A stretch of DNA of 63,173 bases, the filler included, from Chrysochromulina tobinii (taxonomy: Eukaryota): the NCBI GenBank assembly GCA_001275005.1. It is 9 parts of 9 records of this genome, joined end to end, with 100 filler letters (N's around TTAATTAATTAA, not from the genome) between each part and the next. Parts side by side here need not be neighbours in the genome. Positions count along the whole stretch, not along the records: positions 31,785 to 51,112 come from JWZX01000104.1; positions 51,213 to 53,243 come from JWZX01000105.1; 7 more parts are not named here. The stretch is one strand, 5' to 3'. Positions 39,631 to 53,343 of the stretch are shown here, in pieces. Below the pieces are notes generated by a model that did no database searches, was not told the DNA's origin, and saw nothing but the letters and a program-made list of their open reading frames with translations. The translations under genes and the position numbers were made by a program. Position 1 is the stretch's first letter, and the number at the start of each line of letters is the position of its first letter.

Positions 39631-41502
39631 CTACTGCAGCTTGCCGACGGCCTTTGTCACGGACGACGTGACCGACGAGGTGAGCGCAGCGACTTGCTTG
39701 CGGTCGGGGATGTTGGCGGCGATGCCGGTGGCCATTTCCCAAGTGGAGCCGCCGCCGCCGCCTGCTCCACCTGCTGGCGCCTCGCCCGAGAGCTTGGAGA
39801 GCTCTTCCATGAAGGTGTCGCCGTTGTGCATCGTGGTGCTGCTGAGCACAATTTTGACGCCAGGGTTGGCAGCGTTCATCTCACCGACGTAGCGTGCCTC
39901 TTCGTAAGTGGCACCACCGATCATGAAGACGAAGATCTCTGTAGGCGCGCGCTTCTTCTGTGCCGCGGGCAGCTCGGGACCGAGGTAGGGGTGCGATGCC
40001 TCCGAGAGCGTGCCCTTGGTCACCGCCTCGAGCGTCTGCGCAAGTAGGGGCGAGTGCTGCGTGTACACGTTCTGCACGCCCTGCATCTGGCGCTTCATCG
40101 TCTTCTTCAACAGGCCGAGGGTGGACTTGTCGCCGTAGAGGTCGCCCGCACGTTGCTGAGCGCCGTAGTGCTGTAGGATGATGTCGACGAGCTGCACCTG
40201 CTCGGGCGAGGCGCCCGACACCGCGAGAAGTTCTTTGAAGTTGGCGATGCGGTTCTCCCCGTTTCGCTCGTAGCGCAGCGCGTAGAGCAACACGAGGCGA
40301 AGCTTGTTCGGAATGGCGATCGATGGCTTCTGCAACAGGGCCTCAACCTCGGAGACGGCTGAGGTGTGGTCGAGGGTGCACGCGAGCTCCTGCTCCACCT
40401 GCGAGCACTCCATGAGCGACATCTTGTCGACGAGCCTGTTGATCTCGCCCATGAGCGTGACGTGCTTCGTCACGTCGCCCGACATCTTTTTGAACTCGGG
40501 GTAGTCCTCGACGAACTTTTGCATGTCGGCGATGGACGAGATGGTCTTGGAGGACTTGGTCTTCGCCTGGAAGTTGTCCATCATCGCCTTCACCTCCTCG
40601 GCGAGGTCGCCGTAGTTGTTGTACATATTGGTCGCAAAGAAAGGGTCCTGCTCCATCGAGAGTACTACCTGCTCGAGTTCCTTCGGGACGCCGGGCCGGT
40701 CGCGCAGGTCGACGCGGTTGTTGGAGATGCCAAGCAGCTCGTGCACCATGGCCTGGTACGTCCACTGGTTGAGCAGCGGCGTCACCGGGTCATCGCGCCG
40801 GTCGAGCAGCAGCAGCAGCGGCGGCACATCCGTCTTACGGAAGGCGAACAGGTCCGCCTCCTCATTGATGGTGGCGAGCACCGACTCCGCAACTCGCATA
40901 GCCATCTCCGACCTGCCCTGGTACCGGATGAGCGGGCGCTTCTTGAGCGCGAGCAGCAGCGCCACCACGCCACTTTGCATCCGGTCGAACGTCGGCTGTG
41001 CCATCATGCCCGACCCCATGTGCGCAATCGAATGCATGCCGAGCGAGACGCAGTCAGCGTTGATCGCGAGGAAGTCGGCGTAGAACTCCTGCACCGACTG
41101 GACGACCTCGTGCTCGTCGGCCTCGGCGAGCTTCGGGAGCATCGAATCGCGCATGATGTTCGAGAAGAAGATGTGGTACTCGCCGTACCTGGGGTCCTTG
41201 AACTCTTCCTGCAGGCGCTCTATGTTCTCGTGCGTCGGTCGCACAAAGTAGATGGCTTTCAGGTGCGCCATCTTGTCGCCGCGCGCCTTCTCGATCGCAT
41301 CGATGAGGAACACCTCATGCTGCAGGATCTGCGTCTGCGTGTACACCATCGACACGAAGCCTGTCGTCTCCGCGTCCATCACGAGCACCTTCATGCCCGA
41401 GACGTCCTTGGCCATGCGCGTGACATAGTCGCGCACCGCGGCGATGCACGACATGCCCGGCACCGGCTTCGCGACGCTCCGCGCGGCGGATGACGATGCC
41501 AT
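39631..41502 (-). CDS. VPS45: Vacuolar protein sorting 45 (Sec1/Munc18 family)
   Basis: GMKVLVMD.ETT..VSMVY, MAHLKAIYFVRPT, DEHEVV..VQEFYAD, LDRRDDPVTPLLNQWTYQAMVHELLGI, GGATYEEA. Confidence 0.95.
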   Translation of the reverse strand: MASSSAARSVAKPVPGMSCIAAVRDYVTRMAKDVSGMKVLVMDAETTGFVSMVYTQTQILQHEVFLIDAIEKARGDKMAHLKAIYFVRPTHENIERLQEEFKDPRYGEYHIFFSNIMRDSMLPKLAEADEHEVVQSVQEFYADFLAINADCVSLGMHSIAHMGSGMMAQPTFDRMQSGVVALLLALKKRPLIRYQGRSEMAMRVAESVLATINEEADLFAFRKTDVPPLLLLLDRRDDPVTPLLNQWTYQAMVHELLGISNNRVDLRDRPGVPKELEQVVLSMEQDPFFATNMYNNYGDLAEEVKAMMDNFQAKTKSSKTISSIADMQKFVEDYPEFKKMSGDVTKHVTLMGEINRLVDKMSLMECSQVEQELACTLDHTSAVSEVEALLQKPSIAIPNKLRLVLLYALRYERNGENRIANFKELLAVSGASPEQVQLVDIILQHYGAQQRAGDLYGDKSTLGLLKKTMKRQMQGVQNVYTQHSPLLAQTLEAVTKGTLSEASHPYLGPELPAAQKKRAPTEIFVFMIGGATYEEARYVGEMNAANPGVKIVLSSTTMHNGDTFMEELSKLSGEAPAGGAGGGGGSTWEMATGIAANIPDRKQVAALTSSVTSSVTKAVGKLQ

Positions 41503-41968
41503 CAGTCCTCACGTGCACGTCCCCCGAGCTGGTCTGCACTGCCTTTGCGCACGGACATGTTCCCTTCAGCCCCGGGCAATTTTGTTCACACCTTGGGCCA
41601 GGCCGAAAGATTCTAAAAGGTCGATCGCGGCGGCCTCGACATCCCAACTTAGTTTTACTTAGAATTGGATAAAATTATGTAAGTTCAATGCAATGTCGTA
41701 CATGTAAAGGTGTGCCTCGCCGTCCATCCAAGCGCAAGCGTCTGTGCTCTGCCCCGCGTGGTCCTTTCCGGAGGGGTGCGAGTGCTGTGCGGGTTCCCGG
41801 GGCGTGGGGCGTGAGGGTTTCTAAAGTCCTCATGAGTCCTCACACCTGCCTACCGTTAGGCTTGGTCTAGGGAACAACCACTCTGTAACCACCTTCAGGG
41901 CGGGCCGCTGTGGTCGTCGTTGCTCCAGGGACCTCTTATCCCTCGCGTCTCGGCGCCGCACCTCCGAG

Positions 41969-44900
41969 ATGGGTGACGCGCCGACCGATAAGCGCATCGA
42001 CTTCCTCCGTGACCGCATCGTCCAGCTGCTGAAGTGCAAGCCGGAACTTTTCGACGCACTTCTCAAAACTGAGGAGGGCGAGCTGATCAAAAGGTTCCTG
42101 AACGATGGCGGCTGCACGCGCATCTTCTTCAGCGCGGGCCCCAAGGATATGTTCGTGACGGAGAAGCTCCCCGACGACAAGCAGACGAAGAAGAAGGCCA
42201 TCTTCGCCATGAAGCTGGCCGAAGACGTCAAGTTCGACGAGAAGAAGATGGACGAGATGTTTGACCTATGCATGGTCGGCGACCTTTCACCAGCGATGCT
42301 GAACAATCTGTACAACACGCTGCGGAGCGTGTATCTGCCCATCATCACCAACCCAGGCTTCATCAACGCAAAGCCCGGCGTGGTCATGAAACAGTTCATC
42401 GACAAGTACAATTGGATGCTCGCGGCAGTGCACACAGCTGTCGGCCAGACGCAGGGCAAGACTGCCCTCTGGCTGCCGCCCGTGGAGGCCCCGTCGGCTG
42501 GCAGCAGCAAGGACCGCTCGGACAAGGACCGCGTGCACGTTCTTGAGAGCGCTATAGTCATGTGGACCGAGCGCATCAACACTGTGCGCCGCTCCCCTTC
42601 TCCCCATTGGCTGCGGCTGCCGCTGCCGCCGCTCCCATCCCCCCCCCGGGCTCCGCCCCCTTGTTCGTGTCCTTCGGCTGACCCATCCGTTGCACACCCA
42701 CGCAGTCCCTTAATCGCGATCCCGATTCGGTCTTCGGCGCCGTTGGCACCAAGGACGAGCTCTTCCCAGGGCCCATCGTGGGCATTGACTTCTGGCAGGG
42801 CAAGTGCATCGACTTGGGCGACATTCTCGAGCAGCTCAGCAGCCCGCACATCGTCAAGGTGATGAAGGTGCTCGAGATCATCCGCTCGCCGTACCATGCC
42901 TCCTTCAAGGCGCTGATGAATCAGCTGTCGATTCGGCACGCGGAGGCCAAGGACAACGTCAAGTTCCTCGATTCGCTCCGCCCCAAGTTCACGGCGCTCC
43001 TGCAGTCCGACTTCACGGAAATCGCCATGCACTTCAAGCCGACGATGCACACGCTGCTGATGATCTGGAAGCACTCCAAGTTCTACAACACGCCGCCCGC
43101 GCTGGCACTGATGGTGCGCATGCTCTGCAACGACGTGATCGAGAAGGCGCACGAATTTCTGGGCGGCACGGGCGAGCTCTTTGGCGCCGAGCCCAAGGAG
43201 TCGGTCGAGAAGATCAACAGGGTGCTCAACGTGTGCCGCGCCCTCAAGTCCGACTACTATATGTACTACGCGCTCTCGAAGACGCAGTGCGAGCACAACC
43301 CGTGGATGGCCGACCGCGGCAACATGTTCAAGCGGCTCGACCTCTTCATCACGCGCTGCGAGGACCTGCTGCACTTGTGCCGCACGGCGCAGCAGTTCGA
43401 GAAGCTGATCACCGTCGTCATCGGCGGCATCGCGGGCGCTGCCCTCACGCAGGACTCCGAGACCATCGCGAAGGAGTTCGACAAGGCACTCAACAAGATG
43501 AAGGAGCTCACGTACGACGTGCTCGACGTGCAGATCACGAAGTTCGAGGAGGACATCACGCGGTTCTCAGTCTCGGTTAAGGAGCTCGAGACTCGCGTTG
43601 CCAAGGTGCTCGGGCTCGGCTTCGAAGAGTGCGACACCATCTCCAAGGGGTTCAAGCTTGTCGACTCCTTTGGCGACCTGCTCGAGCGCGACTTCGTGCA
43701 AGCCGACCTCGAAGCGAAGCAGCTCGAGCTCATCCGCATCTATGCTGAGGAGCTCAAGCAGGTGCAGGAGCTCTTCACGCGCGACCGCACTGGCTCCGCC
43801 TCCAAAGCCAAGTTCTTCGAGCGCGACGGGCCGCCGCTGTACATCAACATGCCGCCCGTCTCGGGGGCGCTCGCGTGGGTTCAGGGCCTCAGGAGGCGGC
43901 TCGAGGAGCCGATGAGATCGCTCATGCCGGTGCTGCGCATCATGGAGGACACGGATGAGGTCAAGGACGTTAAGCGCATGTTCGACTCGATCATCAAGGT
44001 GCTCCGTGAGTATGAGGACATGATGTTCGATGCGTGGCAAGGGGGCGTCGACACCACGCTCGGCGAGAAGCTCACGCTGCCGCTCATCACGCGCGACCCC
44101 AAGTCGCAGGAGATCGAGGTCAACTTCGACCTGCAGCTCACGAAGCTGCTGTCGGAGTGCAAGTACTTCGTGATGCAGAAGAAGAAGATCCCCGACGTCG
44201 CGCAGCAGCTTTTCGATGGTGCCGAGACGTTCCGGGTGCATACGGCCAACCTGACGCTCGTCAAGAACAAGTACAATGAGATGCTGCGCATCATGCTCGA
44301 CGTCGAGAAGCCGCTGCTCAAGGGCTCAATGAAGGCGATCGACAAGGTGCTCGACCGCGGCCTCAAGGTGCTCGTATGGAAGTCTCCCAACCCGGAAAAG
44401 GACGCCTTCATTACCGAGGCCTTGGGGCTTGTGGAGGAGGCGTACAAGATGCTGCACGAGATCAAGAAGAACATGAACAAAGTCAACGAAATCCTGGCTG
44501 GCTGGGTGTCGTTGCCCTTCATGACGCGCCTGTCGATTAACAAGACGTACAACCCCTCAGCCTACATGGAGGAGCACTCCCGCTTCCTCGAGACGCGCAC
44601 GAAGGACATCACCGAAGGCATCAAGAAGATCCACGAGTATGTCAAGGAGTCCAACGAGTGCCTCAAGGTGTCGAAGGGCGCGCCCGCGTGGCGCGCGTAC
44701 GTCGAGTTCATGAACAACATCCTGATCAACGGCGTTGCCGACACGGTCGTCGCCTCGCTCGGCTACCTGCTCGCGCAGCTCGACCCGAAGATCATCGCAA
44801 AGTTGGAGAAGGCGCCCTTTTTCGACATCAAGCTCGACCTGAACGTGGTGGCCAAGGGCGATGATGCCGTCTTCTTCGCGCCGCCGCTCGACGGAAAGGA

Positions 44901-47900
44901 GCCGTCGGTGACGAGCTACGTGACAGCGCTCATTGCCGACTTTTACAACATCGTCAAGGGCCTCAAGCGCCTCGACCGCACCGAGGGCGACTTTCTCAAG
45001 GAGATGGAGGAGAACGAGATGGTGCGCTTCAACGTGCACCGCATCGTCGATGAGCTCGAGGCCAACCAGACCGCGGCACGCGAGCTCCGCGCGCCATTCC
45101 TCAAGCACCGCGCCCTCTGGGCCAAGGACATTGCGCACACGCTCGAGGTCTTCCTCGACGAGGCCACCGTCGCCGCCGACGAGAACAACCCGCAGATTCG
45201 GATGCCGAACTTGGCCGTCTTCGAGGCGCGCATCACCGAGCTCAGGGAGGAGGAGGCAGAGATCAAGGCGCTCCAAAACGTAATCAACGAGGGCTGGCTG
45301 CGCATCGATGCCAAGCCGACCAAGATGACGCTCACGACGCTCGCCGCCAAGTGGATCGACGCGTACACCAGCTACCTCAAGAACCACGTGCTCTCGGAGC
45401 TTGACGGCCTGGGCCAGTTCATTGGACTCATCAAGGAGACGCTCACGTCAGAGGCGCTTCCGTCGGAGGGTGACCGCAAGGGCCTCTTCGACGCGATGGC
45501 GCGCGTGCGCGACGTGCGAAACCGGGAGGATCGCACCAACAACCTCTTCGTGCCTCTCAAGGACACGATCCAGCTCCTCAAGAAGTTTGGCGTGGCCATG
45601 CCCGAAGGGACGACCGATACGCTCGAGATGATCCCCTTCAGCTGGGAGGACACGAAGAAGATCACGCTCAACGCTCGCGAGAACCTCGGTCCGCTGCAGG
45701 CACAAGAGCAGGATAGGGTGCGTGAAGAGACCGAGGTCTTCCGTGGCGAGGTGAGCGCCTTCACCAAGCGCTTCCACGATGAGGCGCCCTTCGAGTTCAA
45801 GGTCGGCTGCGACGCTGCCTATGTGAGCATCAATAAATTCGCGAAGGAGTTGATGACCTTCGAGAAGCGCGCTGTCGACATCGCGCGCAACCAGGAGCTC
45901 TTCGAGCTCGCGGTCACTAATTGGCGCGATCTCAAGACGATCCGCACCGAGCTCACACTGCTCAAGCTCTCCTGGGATTTCGTGCAGTACGTTCAGGACA
46001 TATTTGGCTCGTTCCGCGCAACGCTGTGGACAGCCGTCGACGTTGAAGCCATGTCGGATCAGACCAAGAAGCTGCAGAAGGAGGTCAAGACGCTCAACAA
46101 GGCCATCCACAAGTGGGACGTGCACATCGGGCTGATGGCGCTCGTCGCCTCGATGTCCATCTCGCTGGAGGTGGTAGCCGAACTGCGCGACGATGCGATG
46201 CGCGAGCGCCACTGGAAGCAGCTCATGGTGGTCTGCAAGCAGACCTTCATCATGGACGACAAGCTGCAGCTCGATGCGCTCCTCAAGCTCGAGCTTGACA
46301 AGTTCCGGGATCCCGTCGGCGAGATCGTCGAGCGCGCGCGCGCCGAGATCAAGATCGACTTGCAGCTGCAAAAGATCATCAAGACTTGGTCGGGCCTCTT
46401 CCTTTTCTACAAGCCCTACAAGACCTCGGGCGTTCAAGTCCTCGAGCAGCCGGGCGATGTCTTCGAGGCGCTCGACGACAACGAGGTGGTGCTGCAGAAC
46501 ATGATGGGCAACCGCTTCGTCGGCTTCTTCGAGACGACCGTCACCTCGTGGAAGGCCAAGCTAGCTGCCACGCGCTCGACGCTCGACGTGTGGCTCGAGG
46601 TATCGCGCTCGTGGATGCAGCTTGAGTCCATCTTCCTCGCCTCCGAGGACATTCGCGAGCAGCTGCCCGAGGACGCCAAGCGCTTCGACGCCATCGACGC
46701 GGCCTTCCGCGAGCAGATGGCCGACGCGTGCCAGAACAACAACCCGATCGAGGTGTGCATGGCGTCGGGGCGTGAGGAAGTCTTCAAGAAGAACTTTGAG
46801 ATGCTCGAGCTGTGCCAGAAGTCGCTGGGCGACTACCTCGAGGTCAAGAAGAAGAAGTTTCCGCGCTTCTACTTCATCTCCGGTGCGGATCTGGTGGACA
46901 TCCTCTCTAAGGGCCGCTATGCGCCCAATGTGCAGCCGCATTTCTCCAAGTTCACCGACGCGACCGGCTTCATCGACTGGGCGCCCGACGCCGACGGCAA
47001 GCTCACCGGCCTCGCGCGCGGCTGCATTGCCATCGACGGTGAGAAGTTCCCGTACCCGGAGCCCAAGATGTGCGAGGGTGCCGTTGAGGATTGGCTGCTT
47101 GAGCTGATGAAGCACCAGGCTGCCATGTTCCGGATTAAGGTGAAGGAGTCCCTGGATGCGTACCTCGACAACCCGCGCGAGAAGTGGATCGACATGTATG
47201 GCTCGCAGCACTGCATCCAAACGGGCCAGGTCTGGTGGACCGCGGAGGTGCACGCCGCGTACGACCGCCTCGAGCAGGGCAACGAGAATGCGATGAAGGA
47301 GTACCTTGAGCTGTGCCGAACCGGGCTTAAAAACTACGCGGCGATGGTGCTCGGCGAGATGACCGGCGAGCTCCGCACGAAGGTGAAGACGTTGATCACC
47401 ATCGACACGCACGCGCGCGAGATCGTCGAGAAGCTTGTAATCATAAAGTCGGAGACGCCGACGGACTTCACATGGGCGTCACAGCTCAAGTTCCGCTGGC
47501 CCGATGCCGACGGGCCCCAGGACCTTTACATCAACATTTGCGACGCGGAGTTCGCCTCGCGCCACGAGTATGTGGGCAACCCGGGCCGTCTCGTCATCAC
47601 CGCTCTCACCGATCGCTGCTACATCACACTCACGCAGGCGCTCCGCCTCATGATGGGTGGCGCGCCTCAGGGCCCCGCCGGTACCGGTAAGACTGAGACG
47701 ACCAAGGATTTGGGCCGCGGCCTCTCGATTTGGGTCATCGTGTCCAACTGCTCGGACCAGATGAACAACAAGGTGACGGGCAGCTTCTTCTCAGGCCTCG
47801 CTCAGACGGGCGCGTGGGGCTGCTTCGACGAGTTCAACCGCATCACGGTCGAGGTGCTCTCGGTCGTCGCCACGCAGTACGGCTCCATCTTGCAGGGCAT

Positions 47901-50900
47901 CCGCGCCAACAAGACGCGCTTCATGTTCGAGGAAGAGGAGATCAACCTCGTCAACTCGATCGGCGCTTGGATCACCATGAACCCCGGCTATGCCGGCCGT
48001 GCCGAGCTGCCCGAGAATCTCAAGGCGCTCTTCCGCCCATGTGCGATGGTCACGCCCAACTTCGAAAACATTGCTGAGATCAACCTCGCCGGCGAGGGCT
48101 TCGTTGAGTCCAAGGACCTCGCCAACAAGTTCGTGACCATGTACTACGTGTGCGGCCAGCTGCTCTCGAAGCAGATGCACTACGATTGGGGTCTGCGTGC
48201 CATGTCGGGCGTGCTGCGCATTGCGGGTGGCATGAAGCGCGCGGATCCCGACAAGTCGGAGAAGCAGATTTTGATGCGCGCGATGCGCGACACGAACCTG
48301 CCCAAGTTCGTGCAGGCCGACTTTGGCATCTTCCAGAAAGTGATCACCGACTTGTACCCCGGCATCGACTGCCCGGCCATCATCAACCCTGCGCTAAAAC
48401 AGGCCATCCAAGATGTCATTAAAGACCCGGAAACGCACTGGTGGGGCACGCTCGGCCGGCCAGTCCTTCAGGCCGAGGAGAACTTCGTCATCAAGACGAT
48501 TAACCTGTTCGAGGCCCTCTCGGTGCGCCACTGCGTCTTCGTGCTCGGCACCGCCGGTGCCGCCAAGTCCGAGTTGTGGAAGACGCTCGCCGCTGCGCAG
48601 TCGTTTATGAAGATTGGCGGCGGCAATACGTTGTACAACCCGCTCAACCCTAAGGCCGTCACCTCCAATGAGCTCTACGGGTACGTGCACCCGGTGACCA
48701 AGGAGAACTTCGATGGTGTGATCGCCAAGATCATGCGCGACTTCGCCTCGGTGCCGCCTGATCACAAGAATGTTAACGTGCCCAAGTGGATGGTTCTCGA
48801 CGGCGACATCGACGCCGAGTGGATCGAGTCGATGAACACTGTGATGGACGACAACCGCATCCTGACCCTTACGACTAACGAGCGCATCCCGCTCACTAAA
48901 TCGATGAAGCTGATCCTAGAGATCTCGCACCTTCGCAATGCGTCTCCCGCTACCGCCTCGCGCGCTGGCTGCGTCTTTCTCAACGAGACCGACGTCGGCT
49001 GGCGCCCATACGTGGCAATGTGGGTCGAGACCATGGGTGACGCTAAGACGCAGACTATCCTTGAGCAGCTCTTTGAGACGATGGTCGCGCCCACGCTCAG
49101 CATGATCCGAAAGGAGAAGTGGGAGCACGTGACGCCCGTCAAGGATCTTGCGATCGTCGAGGTCATCTGCCGCATCCTCGAGGCGGTGCTCACGCCCGAG
49201 ACTTGCCCTGCTGGCTCCGAGAAGGAGGTGTACGAGTCCTTCTTCCAATTTGCGGCCGTGTGGGGTATCGGCGGCGCTTTCGGCTCCGACAAGGGCGCCG
49301 ACTTCCGCAAGGCGCTGGACGGCTACTGGCGCACCGAGTTCGGGAAGCTCTCGATGCGCTTCCCCGACGAGGGCAGCATCTTTGACTATTTTATTGACCC
49401 GACCACGAAGAAGAACGAGCCCAAGCGTTGCACACATTGGCGCGAGATCGTGCCCGGGTACACGCACGATCGCGCCGAGTCGTACTCGCGCATCTTCGTG
49501 CCCACGCTTGACACGACGCGACTGCTCTGGTTCTCAAACAATATGCTCAAGCTGCGCAAGCCGATCATGTTCGTGGGCAACTCGGGCTCCGCCAAGACGG
49601 TCGTTGCAAACGTGCTGCTTCGCCAGCAAGACGAGGAGGTGTGGATGTACAACATCATCTCGTTCAACTCGTTCACCATCGCCGCGTCGCTGCAGGTGAT
49701 GCTCGAAGCGCCGCTTGAGAAGAAGACGGGCACCATCTTCGGCCCGCCGGGCGTCAAGAAGCTCATCTATTTCATCGACGACTTCAACATGCCCTCGCCC
49801 GACAAGTACGGCAACCAGTCGTCCATCTCTCTTCTGAACCAGCTCAAAGACTACGGCGGCTTCTATGACCTCAAGGGCCTCCGCATGAAGCGTGTCGACA
49901 ACACGCTTGTGGTCGCGGCCATGAATCCGTTCTCGGGCACTTTCTACGTCCAGGATCGCATGCAGCGCCACTTCTGCACGCTATCAACGCCTTTCCCGTC
50001 GCAGGAGGTGCTCACACACATCTACAAGAACATTATGGGCGGTCACTTCGAGATCTTCAACGATGGGATTCGCGACGCGCTGCCGATGCTGCTCAACTTC
50101 GCCGTGGCGCTCCACAACCAGGTGGCCGACAACTTTGTGCCCTCGGCCGTCAAGTTCCACTACCAGTGGAACCTGCGCGCGATGGCGTCCGTGTTCCAGG
50201 GCCTCTACATCACGTCGCCCGCCAATTACAAGGACCCGGTGAGGATGGCGCGCCTGCTGATTCACGAGGCCTATCGCGTCTACTCGGACCGCATGGTCAT
50301 CGAGTCAGACTGCGAGAAGTTCCAGGAGCTGGTCACCAAGAACGTGAAGGCACACCTGGCCGCCCTCGACCAGGAGGCGCTGAACGAGTGGCCCATCCAA
50401 CTCTTCTCTACGTTCGTCGAGGAGGCCGAGGGCGAGCAGAAGATGTATCTGCCCATCGAAGGCGGCTATGAACAGCTCTCCAAGCTGCTCACCAAGCAGC
50501 TTGCCATGTACAATGAGTCGTTTGCGATCATGAACCTCGTGCTCTTCAACCAGGCGATGGAGCACATCGCGCGCATCTCGCGCATCATCGACAACCCGCG
50601 CGGCAACGGTCTGCTTGTGGGCGTCGGTGGCTCGGGCAAGCAGTCGCTCACGCGTCTCGCGGCCTTCATCGGCGGCTGCGAGATCTTCTCGATTAAGCTC
50701 ACGAGCTCGTACAACGTGGTTGACTTCAAGGAAGACCTGCGCAACATCTACTTGAAGACGGGCGTCAAGGCGATTCCGACTGTCTTCCTCTTCACGGACC
50801 AACAGATCTTCCACGAGAACGCGCTCATCTTCATCAACGACATCCTCTCGCTCGGCTACCCGGCCGGCCTCTTCGCCGAGGAGGATCGCGACACCATCTG

Positions 50901-51112
50901 CAACGGCGTGCGCAACGACGCGAAGCAGGCGGGCTACATGGACGCGAAGGAGCAGCTCTGGGAGTTTTTCATCAACCGCGTGCGCGCACTGCTGCACATT
51001 TGCTTGTGCATGTCGCCCGTCGGTGACAAGATGCGCAACCGGTGCCGCAAGTTCCCGGCGCTCACGTCCTGCACGACGTGCGACTGGTTCTTCAACTGGC
51101 CCCAGCAGGCGC
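41969..51112 (+). CDS. Axonemal dynein heavy chain (outer-arm alpha/beta-type), 3' truncated; intron 42584-42705
   Basis: P-loops GPAGTGKT, GTAGAAKS, GNSGSAKT and GVGGSGKQS, plus CFDEFNR and HYDWGLR. A phase-0 GTGCGC...CAG intron links ORF 41969 to the long ORF. Confidence 0.95.
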
Positions 51113-51530
51113 NNNNNNNNNNNNNNNNNNNNNNNNNNNNNNNNNNNNNNNNNNNNTTAATTAATTAANNNNNNNNNNNNNNNNNNNNNNNNNNNNNNNN
51201 NNNNNNNNNNNNGCCTCCCTCGCCGCCCCTTCCACCGCCGCCGCCCACGCTGCCGCCGCCATCGCCGCCGCCCTCGCCGTCGCTCTCGCCGCCGTCCTCC
51301 TCGCCGCCGCTCCTTTCGTCGCCACCTCCCTCGACACCTCCCTCGCCACCCCCCTCGCCTCTGCTGTCACATCCGTTGTTCTCCTCGCCACCGCCCTCGT
51401 CACCAAAAACGCCTTTTCTCGCCCTGCCACCGCCCTCGTCACCGAAAACCCCTTTTCTCCCGCGACGAAACGCGGTGCTAACCAACATGCCCCGCCGGGG
51501 CTGAACAGCCCCAGCCCGGCGGGGGGCTCT

Positions 51531-53243
51531 TTGTCGATTGTTGGACATTCTATGGATACTACCTACTTGGACCACGTGGAACTACACGCCGCCCTCTACC
51601 ACGACCTCGTCGCCCTCGCCACCGCCCTCGCCGCCGCCGCCACCGCCCTCGCCTCCACCGCCCCCGCTGTTGCCACCTCCCCTGTCGCTGCATCCGACGC
51701 CGCCCCCCGCGCCACCACCGCTCCACCTCTACGTCACGAGTACACTGGGGTCCCTCGTACTTCTCTTAGGTGCCGAGGAGGTGGCCCTGGAGACGACGGC
51801 CACCTGACGCGGCTGACGCCACTCACAGGCGCACTTGACACCGAGGGGGATAGGGTGGCGCTGGAGGCGCTCCGGCGCATTCCGGAACATGCCACGGCGC
51901 CTGCATCGACCCTCCGGCGTAACTGGCGCAGTCTCACCGAGGACACACTGTTCCAGGGCTACCACGTCGGCTGGACGGTTGTGCGAGGTCCCCCTGACGT
52001 GCCGAGCGTCGCCGTCGCCAAGATTCTCGCGATCCCATCCGAAGTCTGGATCGACGAACTCGCTGCCAACGGCGACGGGTCATCGGTCGCCCGCTGGGCA
52101 CTCGCCTCGGCTCTCGAGTCCGCCCTCGAGGCGCGCATCACCACCGATCACGCGGTGCTTCGACTTCGCGTGGCACTGCCGCCCTTCCCGGGCGCGCGAT
52201 GCGCACATGGGATGTACGCCAGCCAGCTGCACCTCGAGGAGGGCGTACCCGACTACCCTGGACCGTGGCAAGGCCACTCCGCAGGGCCGGGCCACGTTCT
52301 CATGCACGGCACTGTCGGCGGCGTCCTCGCCTGCCTGCGGAGGGTGCTGGCCGGCAAGGCACTGTCTGCGAGCGCGAGGTTCTACTGGCGCCTCGGGCAG
52401 GGTACCCTCCCGCTCGCACCCGCCCATATCACCCTCGCCCGCGCTGCCTCGACTCCCACAGTCAGCGGGACCACTCCTATGACAGGGGATCACTCGGCCG
52501 ATGAGACCGTCGCCACGCTCGCTGTGGCCGCCCTCGTCAACACCGCGTCCGCCACCCTTGCCTCGGTCGCCATCGCTCTCACCACCGCCGCCGCCGGCAT
52601 CACCGCACAGGATGCCACGTCATCGGCTGCCCACGCGGTGCTCGCAGCTGCCACCGCTGCCTCCGCCGCCGCTCACGCCGCATCTGCTGCTGCCGCCGCC
52701 CTCATCGCCGCCGCCGCGGCCGTCGCTGCCCGATCCGACGCCATCTCCGCCGCTGATCCTGCCTCCCTTGCCGATCGACCCTCATCGCCAGAGGGCTGCA
52801 GCTCAACGACCCCCGCGACCGCTCGTGCTCTTCTCCGCCAGCCGCCTGGTGCGGCGCACTACTCCTCTCACTGCACGTGGGAGGACGAGGAGGAAGTCCT
52901 CGCCGCAATCTCCTTTGAGCATGCCGCCGATCCAGATGACGATCAGCTCGTCCCGCCGGATGACGACGGCAATCAGACGATCGCACCGCCCACCCTCCGA
53001 GCCGTCCTCACCCCACTGCCGCAGGGCGCACCCGCTCAGTGCGCCTCGACTCTTCGCTCCGTCATCGCCGCCGCCTCCCTTGGATCGGCGCCCGTACACG
53101 CGCCCCTCGCCTGTGCGACGGGGACCGCCGCCCTCGTCTCTACCATGATACCTCCGACGCCCGTACCCATTCTCCGGGTCGAATCCCTTCTTCTATGGAA
53201 CGCGGCTGGCTGGTGGAGCGGCGACAGCGAGGGCGGACCGGAA
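51531..53243 (+). CDS. Uncharacterised Ala-rich ORF running into the gap
   Basis: Open frame of more than 570 codons with no recognised motif. Low complexity and high GC could be lengthening it. Confidence 0.3.
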
Positions 53244-53343
53244 NNNNNNNNNNNNNNNNNNNNNNNNNNNNNNNNNNNNNNNNNNNNTTAATTAATTAAN
53301 NNNNNNNNNNNNNNNNNNNNNNNNNNNNNNNNNNNNNNNNNNN

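Noticed and set aside
41830..43374. Long antisense ORFs over dynein, and similar ones over DHCR24, VPS45, PPR, FDXR and calpain
   Set aside because: Shadow ORFs caused by high GC at third codon positions.
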